Counted from the first letter of the stretch, positions 26,992 to 40,211 are shown. The stretch: DNA of 64,000 bases from Octopus sinensis (GCF_006345805.1 NC_043004.1:66960001-67024000); one strand, 5' to 3'. Notes: a model not told the origin generated them from the sequence alone. Numbers and translations are program-made.

Positions 26992-27685
26992 GTACGTTTC
27001 ATATATATTACAAACGTGTGCGAAATAATTATTGGATTTACGTTTTGCCACAGGTGTATTACATTTCTCATAAATAAGGTAAACGTGGAAATATGACAAG
27101 ATGACAAGGGATCATAATAAGTAACAAATTCAAACTTGCCACGTCTAATATAACAGAATTATGTAAATCACAGTATAAAGATGTGAATCAGGAAAGAAGG
27201 GCGCCCAACCCGGAGTCCTTAGTTTTGCATTATGAGGAAGAAATTGTAACATGATTGACGTTTAATAAAGTCACTTTTGGAAGGATCAAAATAAATCCCG
27301 GAAAACAGTCTACGTATAAAAATTTGAAGACATCCTTATATTGTTAAAAGGCGTAAATAATGGAAGAAGACGAGTGTAGTGTCATATGAGACGCAGACGT
27401 ATCGAAGAGGAGAGAGATGTTAGCTGTGGCAAATGATTATTATTTTGGAATATATTATGCGCATGGAGAGGCAATGGTGTGGGCGATGAATGATTCTCTG
27501 AAGGCGATGTGTGTCTGTTTTGTTTTTTTGAAGTCATTGTGTTAATATTTTGGGCGTATTGATGCGTGTATACGCATCGTACTTTTTTGTTACGGCTGTG
27601 ATTTATTTGCTTCCGGTTTGTATGTCCTGCCTGATGTTATATATATATATATATACATATACATACATACACACACACACACACA

Positions 27686-27741
<56 letters not shown>

Positions 27742-27838
27742 CAACAAGCTTCTTTGAGTTTCCCTCTACCATATCCACTCACAAGGCTTTGGTCGGACCG
27801 ACGCTATAGTACAAAACACTTCCCAAGGTGCCACGCAG
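27742..27838 (-). mobile_element. SINE family B fragment
   Basis: tccactcacaaggctttggtcgg..ccaaggtgccacgcag is the reverse complement of the SINE-B body. Confidence 0.75.
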
Positions 27839-27842
27839 AATA

Positions 27843-27874
<32 letters not shown>

Positions 27875-27878
27875 CTGC

Positions 27879-27931
<53 letters not shown>

Positions 27932-28347
27932 GTGTGTCTGCGTATATATATATATATGTGTGTCTTATTCTGTGAGCGCGTGAGTGTGAGTGAATAAATG
28001 AATACGTATGGATGTATGAGTGTAATCATGCATCTATATGTGTGTAGAGTTAACAAGCAAACATTTATGATGTAATATAGGGAAAAAACATAAAACTAAG
28101 TGCTAATTTTCTTTCCAACTGAAAGTGCTATCGCATTTCCAAAAAGCAGGTGTGTACTCATACAATATGGAATACATCCATTTTGAAAACTTGAAGAAAA
28201 TTATAAAGATTTATTTTAAATGACACATGTACACACACAACATACAGACGCTAACGCACACAATCACACACCCACCCAAGCACACACACTCATATATAGA
28301 GAGAGAGAAAGAGAGAGAGAGAGAGATAGAGAAAGAGAGAGAGAGAA

Positions 28348-28402
<55 letters not shown>

Positions 28403-28476
28403 TAAACAAACACACACACGCACACATATATATGGATATATATATATATGTCGGCATATGTATAGATATATATGCA

Positions 28477-30129
28477 TACTGGGTGGGCTGAAATGTTCAC
28501 ACGTTGAAGATGAATGTGTAATGTGGGCGATGAGAAAACTTGCGTGCATTAATTTTAACATATCTTGTTAATGGTTATATTGTTTCTTTCCAGGTAAAAC
28601 CGACTTGTTTTAAAAAGGAACAAAATTTGTCAACCTGGTGTTATCAAGTTCCTGCAGAAGAAGGGTTCAGCCCCCAACGACATTCATACTGACATGGTTG
28701 CTACATTAGGAGATGACGCATCAGCTTTATTAACAGTGCCCCAGAGGAAAACTGTACCTAAGAAAAGGAAGAGAGATTGTTGAAGATGAACCACTGTCTG
28801 GACGTCATTCAGCTTCCTCCAGCGAGGGAAACATTGATCCTGTTCACAATGTTATAGAGAATAGGCGACACTCGAAGGCCCAGGAAAACTGACGTAATGT
28901 GACTTGTTACATCAGGCAATGCTCCAACACTAAAGTCCTTGGTGTCAATGGTTGTTGTGCGTGACTGTAGCGTTGAAATGTTTGATCACCCTCACTTGGC
29001 TTGGATTATCATACAAGAAGACACCCTAAAGAATCCGAAAACTTGCAATATTATCTCATTTACTTAGATTTACATTTTTGCACTTTTATTGTCATCAAAA
29101 TATTCTCCATTTGAAGCAATGCATCGGTCCAGACGGGTTTTTCCTTATTCGAAACAGTGCTAGAGCTCTTGCAAAGCGATGCCATTTAACGCCTCCGTCG
29201 TTTGTTCTTCACCTCTTCCAGGTCTCAAAATTCTGTATCAGCAGTTTTCGTCAGCAGTGATGACCTTCGAAAAAAATTCCGGATCTACTTACAATTGTTC
29301 TTTCAGCTCTCGATATGCATTCAGTCATGACTGCTTTTTATCTTCCGTGAGCAAAGGAGACACAAATTTTGCTGCAACCCCATTCATTCGTAATTCTTCG
29401 CTCAAAATTCGTTGGCAGAAGCTCCAGGACATAACAGTCATATCATCAAGTTCATCAATTATACGGTGATGGTGCTGCAAGTTCACTTCATGAATTTTCA
29501 TGTTTTCATTCATTCGGAAGGTCTTTGGTGATACTAAACGATGCTGGTTTTCAAGCGACAAAGGACAATTCCTAAAGCGGGGAATACATTCGTCAACTTG
29601 TGTTTTGCTCATTGCAGCGTCCTTTTAAGCTGTTTGATGCATGACGAATTTTTCGGCCACAGTTTTTCCAGCAAGAAACAGAATTTCATGGAAACACGCC
29701 TTTCAGGCATCGCAAAAATCAACGAAGGGAGGAGAAGCACTTCAAAACAAAGACGGGTTGACAAATTTATGCCTAAAGGTTGCATCAAGTGGCATCTAGC
29801 GGGGGAAGCTTGAACTACTACGGGTTTGTTTCACAGAGACCGTTTCCGGTTACTTTTGAGTACCTCCTCCTATAATGTCCAATATGAAAAAAAGAAGAAA
29901 AGGACAATTACTGGGAACCTGTATTGGAGTAACGACAACCTCATATTTGATGGAGAAATTCTTTTACCAATAGGATGAATGTTTCTTCACTAATGATCCC
30001 AATGGTGAAGAAACCAGTAGAAGGAGAGGATGGACTGCAACAGGGATCGTGTTGAAAAATAATCCTGATTTCGTCACATTCCATGAGAGAATATTCGTCA
30101 GTCTATGAACATTCCAGTCGACCAACGTA
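28477..30129 (+). mobile_element. Internally deleted mariner element (outer), with diverged TIRs
   Basis: 5' tactgggtgggctgaaatgttca versus 3' reverse complement tacgttggtcgactggaatgttca. GVIKFLQKKGSAPNDIHTDMVATLGDDA..VEDEPLSGR HTH region at 28638-28870; decayed LH.NAP..HP motif at about 28905-28995. Confidence 0.65.
29078..29872 (-). mobile_element. Second mariner remnant nested in opposite orientation
   Basis: ORF 29325-29612 ..IDELDDMTVMSWSFCQRILSEELRMNGVAAKFVSPLLTEDKKQ (mariner HTH and linker); C-terminal RCIASNGEYF near 29090-29125; TIR-like ccggttacttttgagtacctcc-TA at 29846-29872. Confidence 0.75.
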
Positions 30130-30184
30130 GAATTATACATATCTAAATGCATATATTTTGATATTCATATATTGTGCATGTATT

Positions 30185-31011
30185 TATCTCTTTCTGTTTT
30201 CAGCCAGTTGGCTGCTGCGCTTCTGAGGCTCACAAATGTTGCTGCTATTATTTCCCTGCTCCTCCTTTTGTAGTTGGTATTTAATCTTCGAGGGTATTCA
30301 AATTTACTGAGTTTTTTGTCCTTGAACCAGGCTCATCTGAAATTCTAGACAGTAGAGAGTCCAGTTTTGTCTTGGAAATATCTACACCATAGATGTCTTT
30401 CTGTACGATATCTAATAACTCTCACTATTGGATAATGCAATATGTGTTCTTAACTCTGGATGCGGAGGATGAGATATTTGATTTTATGCAATGGCTCTCT
30501 GTTTAATGTTTGGAATAAATTTAAACGCTAAAGTTTGCAACCGGTCCTCGTTCTAGGAACTTTCAGATTTATGGCACGGTATCTGTCACTGTCATTCACT
30601 TTATGGTGTAGAGGCAATCTTTTTGAAATGTTCCTAGTACTTGTCAGTTACACTGGGGCAATCCTTTTTGTGTAGCAGAGTTCAATTGTGTTAGGTTGCA
30701 CCTGCTACGCAGTGATCACGAACAGGGGTAAAATCTGATTACTGTTGACAGGAGAACCGTCTTGATTTCTTGCCCGCTTCCACTCAAATTTCTTGGAACC
30801 CGCCCCCCTAGTCGTTTACATTTCACTGGTGTCTATAGGCGAAGAAGTGGCTCCCTGAGCGCAGGAGTGGATGTGTGGTAAGTAGCTTGCTTACCAACCA
30901 CATGGTTCCGGGTTCAATCCCGCTGCGTGGCACTTTGGGCAAGTGTCTTCTACTATAGCCTCGGGCCGACCAAAGCCGTGTGAGTGGATTTGGCGGATTG
31001 AAACTGGAAGA

Positions 31012-31080
<69 letters not shown>

Positions 31081-32270
31081 CGTGTGTGTGTGTGTGTATG
31101 TGTGTGGTTATGTGTGTGTGTATGTGTGTGTGATTGTGTGTCTGTTTTTGTCCTCCCACCATCGCCTGACAACCGATGTTGGTGTGTTAACGTCCCCATA
31201 AACTAGGCTTACAAAGAATACACCCTAGGGTTGATTTGTTCGACTAAAAGCGGTGCCCCAGCATGGCTGCAATCAAATTACTGAAACATAAAAAGAAAGA
31301 GTGAAAGAAAGAAAGCATTTGAAAAGATGTATACTTGCTCACTTTAATGGCCAGATAAAGTCTTGATGGTGAATCAAGGACTGCGATCCCTCCTAGTTTA
31401 ATGCATATTAATTTATTCAGTCGAAATATGTTTCATACTTCGTCATGTAGAAGGTACGTGACACCTCTAGGACTCATTACTATTTGTGATATTATTGAAT
31501 GGAAGCAGGTTGGAAAGGGCCACTCGAAACAGCAGAAGCGCCACAATAGTAATGTCTGCTACTCCAAGAACAATAATTTTTTCTTGAAAAAAGGAAGCAT
31601 TGGTCTTCTCGTATATGGTCATCCTCTTTTAGATAGTCAAGCAAATACCCATTTCTGACCATGATGAGATCAGGCAGTTTGTAACATGACATTTCACGAG
31701 CGACTTTCTTTTCCAAATTCGTGATACATTAGATCCCCTTTTAAGCTGTTGAGGAAATGTTTAATGTCGAGTCGTTGTGTTGTAGGAACTAGGTCTGCAG
31801 CTCCTTAAACATGCTGGGTGTTATCAACTCATTTTGAGCAAAGCACATGATTAGTTTCCTTCAGACTCGTCATTCCAAGTTTTTACTAATATATGAGCGC
31901 TGAATGACAGGTCCTGGATTGTTAGCCTCTACATTTCTACCGCCTTTATGAATTGGGCATATTGTTCTGTCCTTTAATTTGCTTCGAAATTTACCAACAT
32001 AAGGAGCTCAGGTTGCAGTGGATACGTTTATCGAAGGTTCACTGAGAATATATGACTGCCAGTATCTGGGGTTAGGATTATTTCATTTCCATTACATCAT
32101 TTTTATATAGACGTAACAAATTATTGGAGCCTGTCTCAATAGGCAGATCGTTAGCATCTGTTGTGGTAAAAGACTTAACGTGGTCGCTCACATGCGTGTA
32201 CAACAGAGGGCATGTAAAAACCCATATGAAGTGCTCACATAGTATTTTATTTACGCTTTTGTGATCTCTA
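30185..32270 (-). mobile_element. Heavily decayed CR1/L2-type LINE (RT region to 3' tail), split by a SINE-B
   Basis: Minus strand pieces LLDYLKEDDHIREDQCF (cf. LI.FLE.N.LL...QHGF) at about 31580-31660 and DIYGVDISKTKLDSLLSRISDEP at about 30325-30395; tail-like gcagccaactggctgaaaacag at about 30195. Confidence 0.55.
30861..31315 (+). mobile_element. SINE family B (full length)
   Basis: Head gcaggagtggatgtgtggtaagtagcttgcttaccaaccacatggttccgggttcaatccc; internal (TA)n(TG)n; tail gcggtgccccagcatggctgcaatcaaattactgaaac. Confidence 0.9.
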
Positions 32271-33318
32271 TTTAGACAGCTAGGCTCTTAGATCAGTGAC
32301 CCTACCTTGAAATACAACGTGGGTGATTCTTTAGCAAATTGTAAGAAAGCTATACGACCTGTTATTATATATTTATAACCGTGGCTCCTTTTCTTTCTCT
32401 CACTTTCCCTTTTCATGGGTGCATTGCAGACATTTTCCAACCTCAACAAGGAAATTTTCGGTGAGCATTTTTCTGCGTTATATTTAAAGTATTTGCAAAT
32501 TTTGAAAATCATCATGTCTCGTAAGACGTTTTATCTTCCTGGAAATGGTGTTTGTGTATAGGCTGGCTGTACCCTTTCGAATATATTTTATACATAATGC
32601 TTGCGTTATTGATAGGAATGCAGATTCATATCGGTGCCAGGTGTGGAGAAACAGTTATGCCAACTGTGCTTCAGGAACTACTTTTGAATTAATTTCTAGA
32701 TTGCTTTGTGAATGTTCACAAGGTTAGAGTCTAGAAGTATCATATAAGCAACATGTATGTGGCTTTCTTCGGCCCATACATCGTCAGCTCTATTTCATAG
32801 GGATTTGAGACTAACGTGGATGAATGTGAATACGTTTCATATATATGTGAACCAACTGCAGTACTACTTATCGCATAGAAAAAACACCTCGGTGAGATTC
32901 CAGAGAAAAATAATTTCTTATTCACATCACATCATTGCATAGATACAAAGGGAGAGACAACTGGCACGGATATCATGTAAGCTGAAAACCTACACACACA
33001 CACGCACACACACATACACACACACACACACACACACTCATACAGAGTCACACACACAAACACACACTCACATATGTATCAAAGATTTAATGCCCTTCCC
33101 GACACATATGTCCATGGTCACATGGATTCTGTTTCGTATATATCGCCTTGCACACACCGATCGCGACCCAGGTCTGCCGCAGGATTACTCCCTTTGCAAG
33201 CTGTTTGAATGGGATTAACGGAAATAATGTGTTTATCTCTTGCCAACAAGGCATCCTTCGGCCCTGCAACGAAATACATACATGCATGCATACATGCATG
33301 CACGCATGCATACATACG

Positions 33319-33388
<70 letters not shown>

Positions 33389-33394
33389 CACATA

Positions 33395-34555
33395 CAGGGT
33401 GCCCCCAAAATGTGTGCATACTTTAAATAATTGTAAAGTAGGTGTTTATTAAAATATATTTCATTTTCAAAAATTAATATAATCTACAGACATTATTTTA
33501 TTGTTTTGCCAACGCCTTTTTCAAACTGATGTCCTTTCTGGTCCAGTCACCGCTGACAACATGAAGCAATGGAATCACAAACATCACGAAAGAATTTCTC
33601 GTTCAATGGCTACTCTCAAATCAGTGACTGTAGCAGCTTTCATAGCGCAGACTTTGTCTTTAAGGTATCCCCATAAATAAACCTATCCACATGTTTGACA
33701 AGATCTCATCAAGGAAGGATCTAATACCGCGATGGTAGTGTGGGAGTGGCTAATCTTGCTGAACATAAAACACCTCATCTTCAGAGTCTTCTCTGATGCT
33801 TAGCAAGACAGTCTGTTGCAGCAAGTTCAAGTAAACGGACCAGTCACAGAAGCATTAAAAAAACGATCCAGTTAATCCTTTTGATGATAAGCCACACCAC
33901 ACTGTAACCCCTGGTAAATTTACATGGTGGTCCACCATAGAATGCGGATTCTCAGGTCCCCAGTAGGTCCAACTGTGGCGGTTAATTGAAGCGTTTAATT
34001 TGAACCTGGCTCTTCATTGCACACAATCTTTGTTGGAAAGTATGCAGGTTCTACACATCATGCCAAGTACCAATCGCAATACTGTCTAGATCATCGTTAT
34101 TAATAGCATGGACTTGTCTTGGAACGTAACTTTTCCATTGACAACGCTTCAAAATGATTTTGAAATACCTGCTTCACGACTCGCTTGCCGCACAGGTTTT
34201 CTTGAACTTTGGTGATACGTTTCCAGCATTCTTTCTTGCTTTTTTGGGGTTGTTGATGTTCGTGGTTTTCCGGAACGCTTCCTGTTCACATTCTGAACAG
34301 TTCCATCGGCTTCAAACTTATCTCTAATGCGAGTAATCGTAAGTCGCGTTGGTGAATCTTTCCGAAACTCACTCCTAAACAGTCTTTCCACTTCAACTGT
34401 GTTTTCACACTTCCAGTAGCATTTTAGAATGAATTTCCTTTGTTCAAAGCTTAGTCTGAATGGCATCATTAATTCCAGTGAGTTTTATCTGGAAAGAGAA
34501 AACACCAATTGAGTTATCAGCTGTTAAAGTGTTTATACATTTTTGGGATACCCTG
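33395..34555 (-). mobile_element. Tc1/mariner-superfamily transposon, both TIRs present, transposase disrupted
   Basis: TA-cagggtgcccccaaaatgtgtgcatactttaa versus reverse complement TA-cagggtatcccaaaaatgtataaacactttaa. ORF 34149-34469 is a DUF4817-type HTH ([42 protein letters not shown]); downstream [20 protein letters not shown] with frameshifts. Confidence 0.85.
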
Positions 34556-34562
34556 TATATAT

Positions 34563-34636
<74 letters not shown>

Positions 34637-34773
34637 TATGTATGTATGTATGCATGTATGCATGTATGTATGTATGTATGTATGTGTGTATGCATGCATG
34701 TATGCCTGTATGTATGTATGTGTGTATGTATACATGTATGTATGTACGTATGTATGTATATAAATGTACATAT

Positions 34774-34825
<52 letters not shown>

Positions 34826-35064
34826 ATGCTTGAATTTATTTATTGCTGAGAGTTTTCAATATGCCAGAATAATTAGAATACAATATTCTTTTACCGCATA
34901 TACTTTACATTATAATATTGTTTAATGTGGTAACTTTAGAAATCATATAAAAAAATCGAACCGTTATATCTGAAATATATTCGAAAAGTTTTTTACGTAA
35001 CACTGATACATATATACGCATATCTTTGTAGCTACCCCTCTTACCACCTATGAAGCTGGCTCTA

Positions 35065-35065
<1 letters not shown>

Positions 35066-35161
<96 letters not shown>
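35066..35161. repeat. (TATC)n microsatellite
   Basis: Direct. Confidence 0.95.
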
Positions 35162-35162
<1 letters not shown>

Positions 35163-35168
35163 ACTAAC

Positions 35169-35203
<35 letters not shown>

Positions 35204-35550
35204 ATGTGTATATAATTCAATTGCTTCCTGAATTTTATGCGTATCTTTTGAGGAAACATATTACATTTAAATGGATTTTTTTCCCCATTTAAATTCCTTG
35301 TATTGAAAATGTATGAGAAAATTATGCATACAGCATCAATATATGTCAAAGTATTATATGAAAAGTAAGATGAAGAGTAAGTTTCATTTTTTTTTTTCAT
35401 TTTCTCCCACCGAATATTAATATTATGTGCATATATTTTTACATCACATGGAATATCATATATAATTCAGAAATATATTTCCATTCCATGATTATTTTAA
35501 ATTTTGCTTCATTTCGTGTATATATATATATATATCTATATATATATATA

Positions 35551-35605
<55 letters not shown>

Positions 35606-36038
35606 CATATATATATATATATCACATACAAAAATATATGCATATTTATACAAGAACATCTAGGCATATATACATACATATGTGTTTGTGCGTGTGTGGG
35701 TGGGTGTGTATCAAAACTGGGTAAAGTAACGGCAGTATGAAGAGTTTCTTGAAAGACAGAGTTTTTGATGTAAAAGTTGCTCAGTAAATGTTTTCAGTAA
35801 ATGCTTAAGAATTTAATTATTCGTTCGTTTATTTCTGAGAACTCTTACGTCGCGGAAGGTTTTGCTCACTTAATAATTCAATACCCTATAACATATCGGA
35901 GATTCTTATCACTAACTCATAGACGCACACTTTAAAGACACAATCACACTTTGATTGACACAGGGATAGTGAGATAGATTTTTATATATTTGGTTCGCTG
36001 TCCTAAATACCCCCCACACCTGTTTACAGTCATTCAAG

Positions 36039-36084
<46 letters not shown>

Positions 36085-36224
36085 TATATATATATAACTG
36101 CATACGTAAACATACATTGTGTGTTTGTGATTTTCTGTACACGTTTATGAATACTGTTTGTGTGATATGCAATTACTCTAATTTTCGCGATATAGTTTTT
36201 GAACAAGACTTTTATATATATATA

Positions 36225-36415
36225 TAGGGAGAGTTTACGAAAAAAGACAAAAGACGAAGAGAGGTGGTGTACAAAACAAACAAATGTATTAGTATAGCGC
36301 TCAGGAAAAGAGAAAGTATTTTACGTTTCGAGCCTACGCTCTTCTACAGAAAGGGACACAGAAAAAACAAGGAAAGAAACAAGGAGAGAAAAATGTGTGT
36401 AGTGGCTAACGATCT
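36225..36415 (-). repeat. About 170-bp Penelope-LTR-like repeat (copy 3, least decayed)
   Basis: Reverse complement gtccctttctgtagaagagcgtaggctcgaaacgtaaaatac. Confidence 0.65.
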
Positions 36416-37261
36416 ATCATGGCGTATATATGTATATGCATATATATGCATCTATATACACTTATATATATTTATATGTATATATATAAATTCACACACA
36501 CACACACACACACACACACCACACACACTTATATACGGCATGTTTATCTATGTATACATATAGATAAATATACAGAGGTAGAGAAGGGGAGAGCACTGGA
36601 ATTGTACATAAATTTTAGAAGTACTCAAATGGATAAAAAAGAAAACAATCTTTTGTTTTCCAGCTTATTTGTGGCAGTGAAATTTATATTTACTTTGAAT
36701 TTTAGTTGTTCTACTAGACATTTTGTTGATGCTATCCTTGTAGGCCATTCATATATTCGTTGTGTTTTATATTCTTGTATTTGGTTTTCATCTTACAGTA
36801 AGAAAATTGTATTTATCTTTGTTATATGTTGCTTTCATACCCATAGAGGATGTCATGAAAAAAACAATCATCGTATCTATTCTTCCCACCACTGATTTCA
36901 TTTGCATATACTTGGACGTCATAATAAAAAATTCTTAGCTGTCATAGTGATGTGTCTGTTTTGGTATGAGCGTAGTATATAATGTTCTGCTTATCTCAAC
37001 GAAATGAGTCAAATATTCATTACAAGTAGAAGCAGATACACCTAGATACTACCTTCTTGGAATGTATCACTTTCTGTACTTTATCCTGACAGAATCATTT
37101 CGCCAACTTCCTACATATTTATTTACTCTATGTCGCCCAGAATAGAAAGAATTTGTGCAACGCTTTGATTGTGGCACCAGAAAATTCAGTAAGATGAAGA
37201 ACACCGTAATTGAAGAATTGTTTTTAATCCAACATGTCAATACCTGAATTACGTCAATGCC

Positions 37262-37495
37262 ATACCTATTTCTTTACTACCCACAAGGAGCTAAACACAG
37301 AGAGAACATACAAGAACAAGCAGATTAAGTCGATTATATTGACCCAATGCGTAACTGGTACTTAATTTATCGACCCCGAAAGGATGAAAGGCAAAGTCGA
37401 CCTTGGCGGAATTCGAACTATGAACGTAGCGGCAGACGAAATACCGTTAAGCATTTCGCCCGGCGTGCTAACGTCTCTGCCAGCTCGCCACCTTT
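37262..37495 (-). mobile_element. SINE family C (full length)
   Basis: Reverse complement ggcgagctggcagagacgttagcacgccgggcgaaatgc..gtgggtagtaaagaaataggtat. Confidence 0.9.
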
Positions 37496-37587
37496 TCAAT
37501 TCGCATCAGTTCACGCGGATAGCCGCGCTCTTCATTGACGGACGAGCCGAGTGATTCCCCGTCCATACGTCTATGCCATACGTTATA

Positions 37588-39258
37588 CAGTGTACCACTG
37601 CTTATTCGCGGTTCGGCATTCAAGAATTTGTTACTGCAAGAAAAAAAAAACATCCCCTTGCGTGCTAACATCATCCGCAAGAAAACGTGGAAATTATACT
37701 AGGAGCTCGACAGAAGAGACAGAGCAGAAGGCATCAAAGAACCAAAACCAAGACAATCGACAGAACCGGAACCCGAAGATTTTCAAACCATCAAGGTGTT
37801 GTTTAACCGTTTCCAGAAACGGTTTACAATAAAGTGTGTTCCCTGCATGGAGAGACAGTATCAGCCGACAAAGAAGCCGTCTTGAAACCTACAGGCAGAT
37901 CATCGAAGACAAGGAATAGAAGCCAGATCAGGTTGTCAATATGGATGGCATTGGTATATTCGGGAAAAAGATGCCTTCCAGAATGTACATTGTGAAGGAC
38001 GAAGCCAGCGCCCCAGGATTTAAGACACAGATAGACAGAGTGATGCTAATTATGTGTGGTGATGCTGCTGGCTTCGTGATGAAACCAAGACTTATTTACA
38101 AGGGCCTTGAAAAATAAGAATGAAAAGCTGCCTGTCAACTGAATGCACAAACACAAGGCCCGGGTTACCAAAAGTCTAACTTTGAATTGGTTTCACTAAT
38201 GCTTCATTCCTCAAGCAAGGAATACAAGCAAACCGTATGCATGGAATTCAAGGTGCTGCTTGTTCTGGATAATGCTGGTGGTCACACTTCGAATTTGAAT
38301 CACGAATGACTCCAAGTAAAATTCCTCTCTGCTAACACCACCTCCCACATCCACTCTATAGCTCAACGCGTGATCCGTGCCTCCAAGGCACTTTACACCC
38401 GGAATTCTCTCCAAAATATTATGGACGCAATGAATTCGGACAGGAATTTCAAGTTAAATGAGTACTGGCGTAACTTCACGATTGCAGTGTGCCAGGCAGA
38501 CATCCAAGCGGCACTTAAAGACCTGAAAAAAGAGACACTCATTGCATGATAGAAGAACGTGTGGCCAGACTGTGGCCAGGACAACGAGGGCTTCTCACCT
38601 GCAGATATTCAGCAGGAGGCTGTCAACGATGCGGTGAAACGTCAACAACCTCATCGATGCCAACTCAGAAATCCTGACAGATGAAGATTTGTTGAAGTTG
38701 ATTAAGCCTGCCAGCGAAGAGGAGGATGAAGTGCCAGATCGAGAGGAAGAGGAGGATGATGTGGGCCTGATAATCGAACGTCTGTCCGATCTTTTAAGGA
38801 CAACAAAGAAAGGCGAAAGCATGGGATCATTATATGGTTCGGTCTCTCCAATTAAAAAATATCATCGATACTGCCGTACAGACATATCAAGCACTCCTCA
38901 CCACCATGAAGAAACAACGATAGCAACTACCTATCACAATGTTCCTCAAGCCCACCAAGAAAACACGACATCCCTTAAAACACCTGAAAAAGAGTTGTCA
39001 CCTGAAGAGCTTTAAAACGTCTTTGGTGACCAACCATACATTCCACTTTATTTTTTATTAAATTATTATCAAATATAATAATACATACATACATACACAC
39101 ACACACACACCACACACACACACACATATATATATATAATGTTTTACGTTATATTTGACTTTATAGGCATTTTTATGGATCATGTCTTATATTCGCGGTT
39201 TTTCAATATGCACGGGTGCTCAAGGAAGGTAACCCCTGTGTATACCGGTGGACTACTG
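37588..39258 (+). mobile_element. pogo/Tigger (DDE_1) transposon relic
   Basis: TA-cagtgtaccactg..cggtggactactg-TA ends. Decayed DRVMLIMCGDAAGFVMKPRLIYK, FKVLLVLDNAGGH and GVIRASKALYTRN motifs; acidic EEEDEVPDREEEED tail typical of TIGD1-like transposases; many stops. Confidence 0.8.
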
Positions 39259-40172
39259 TATTCTGGGTCGATGATTGTATTCATTAGAAGCTACACAGTA
39301 CCTCAACAAAATCCATTCTTTTCAGTGACTTATACGCTGGTGAGAAAAGTGTTACTCTCATTGACATCTAGGATGCATAGGATCACACCAGCCATATGCA
39401 TTTTATACAATATTTTCATGGAATAAACTGTTTCTCTTTTACAGATTACTAAGGACTTTTGATTTTTTTATATCATATTTCTTTCTGTATACGCCACCCA
39501 GCCAGTTTGATCTTTTTGTGTCTATTGAAAGCATACTGTCAAATGTCGATAAGGCAACCCGAATAGACAGAAGTGTTATTTCAATTTTGTTTTTTAGAAT
39601 TAAGTGACAATCAGCTCTCTTAACCAATTTCCTATCTAAAAATTCTTCAATCACATCACATGCATAACACTATTTCCACCTCATGATTTAGAGTGCTGAA
39701 TTGACAATGGATCTTTTGGATTGCTTTTTGCCACAAACCATCCTATATAATCTATTATTTCTAACTCTTTATGTTTTCATAGAATGAACGCATATCTTCC
39801 AGAGAGACAGCCTCTATATTTTTCCTTATTCATTGTTCACTTATCCCTGTATAAACCGCCGTCTCTGGTTGAACGGATTTCTTTTTAATTATTTCTATCT
39901 TACATTTCTGCCATGTTTTTACAATGATAGCATTTCTTCCTGGAAGCTTTCAACTGCTGTTTGAGGTTTATCAATTCATATTTACATTCCTACCATTGTA
40001 TTTTACAATGTTTCCCAGTGAAGAATGTACCGATTTGGTTGTACCCATTTAAAGAATATGTTTATACAGCGAAGGCTCTTACCAGATTTACATTCTAAAC
40101 AGTTTTTCATAATCGATTTTTGCATTGTTTCAATGTTTTGCGTATATATATATATATATATATATATATACG

Positions 40173-40211
<39 letters not shown>

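Noticed and set aside
26985-33150. Recurring IYET peptide / atatatatgaaacgta 16-mer at about 26990, 32830 and 33135
   Set aside because: Low-complexity, TA-derived word expected by chance in this composition.
37093-37188. Candidate 96-nt exon NHFANFLHIYLLYVAQ..
   Set aside because: Good splice signals, but an open frame this short arises by chance; no supporting evidence.
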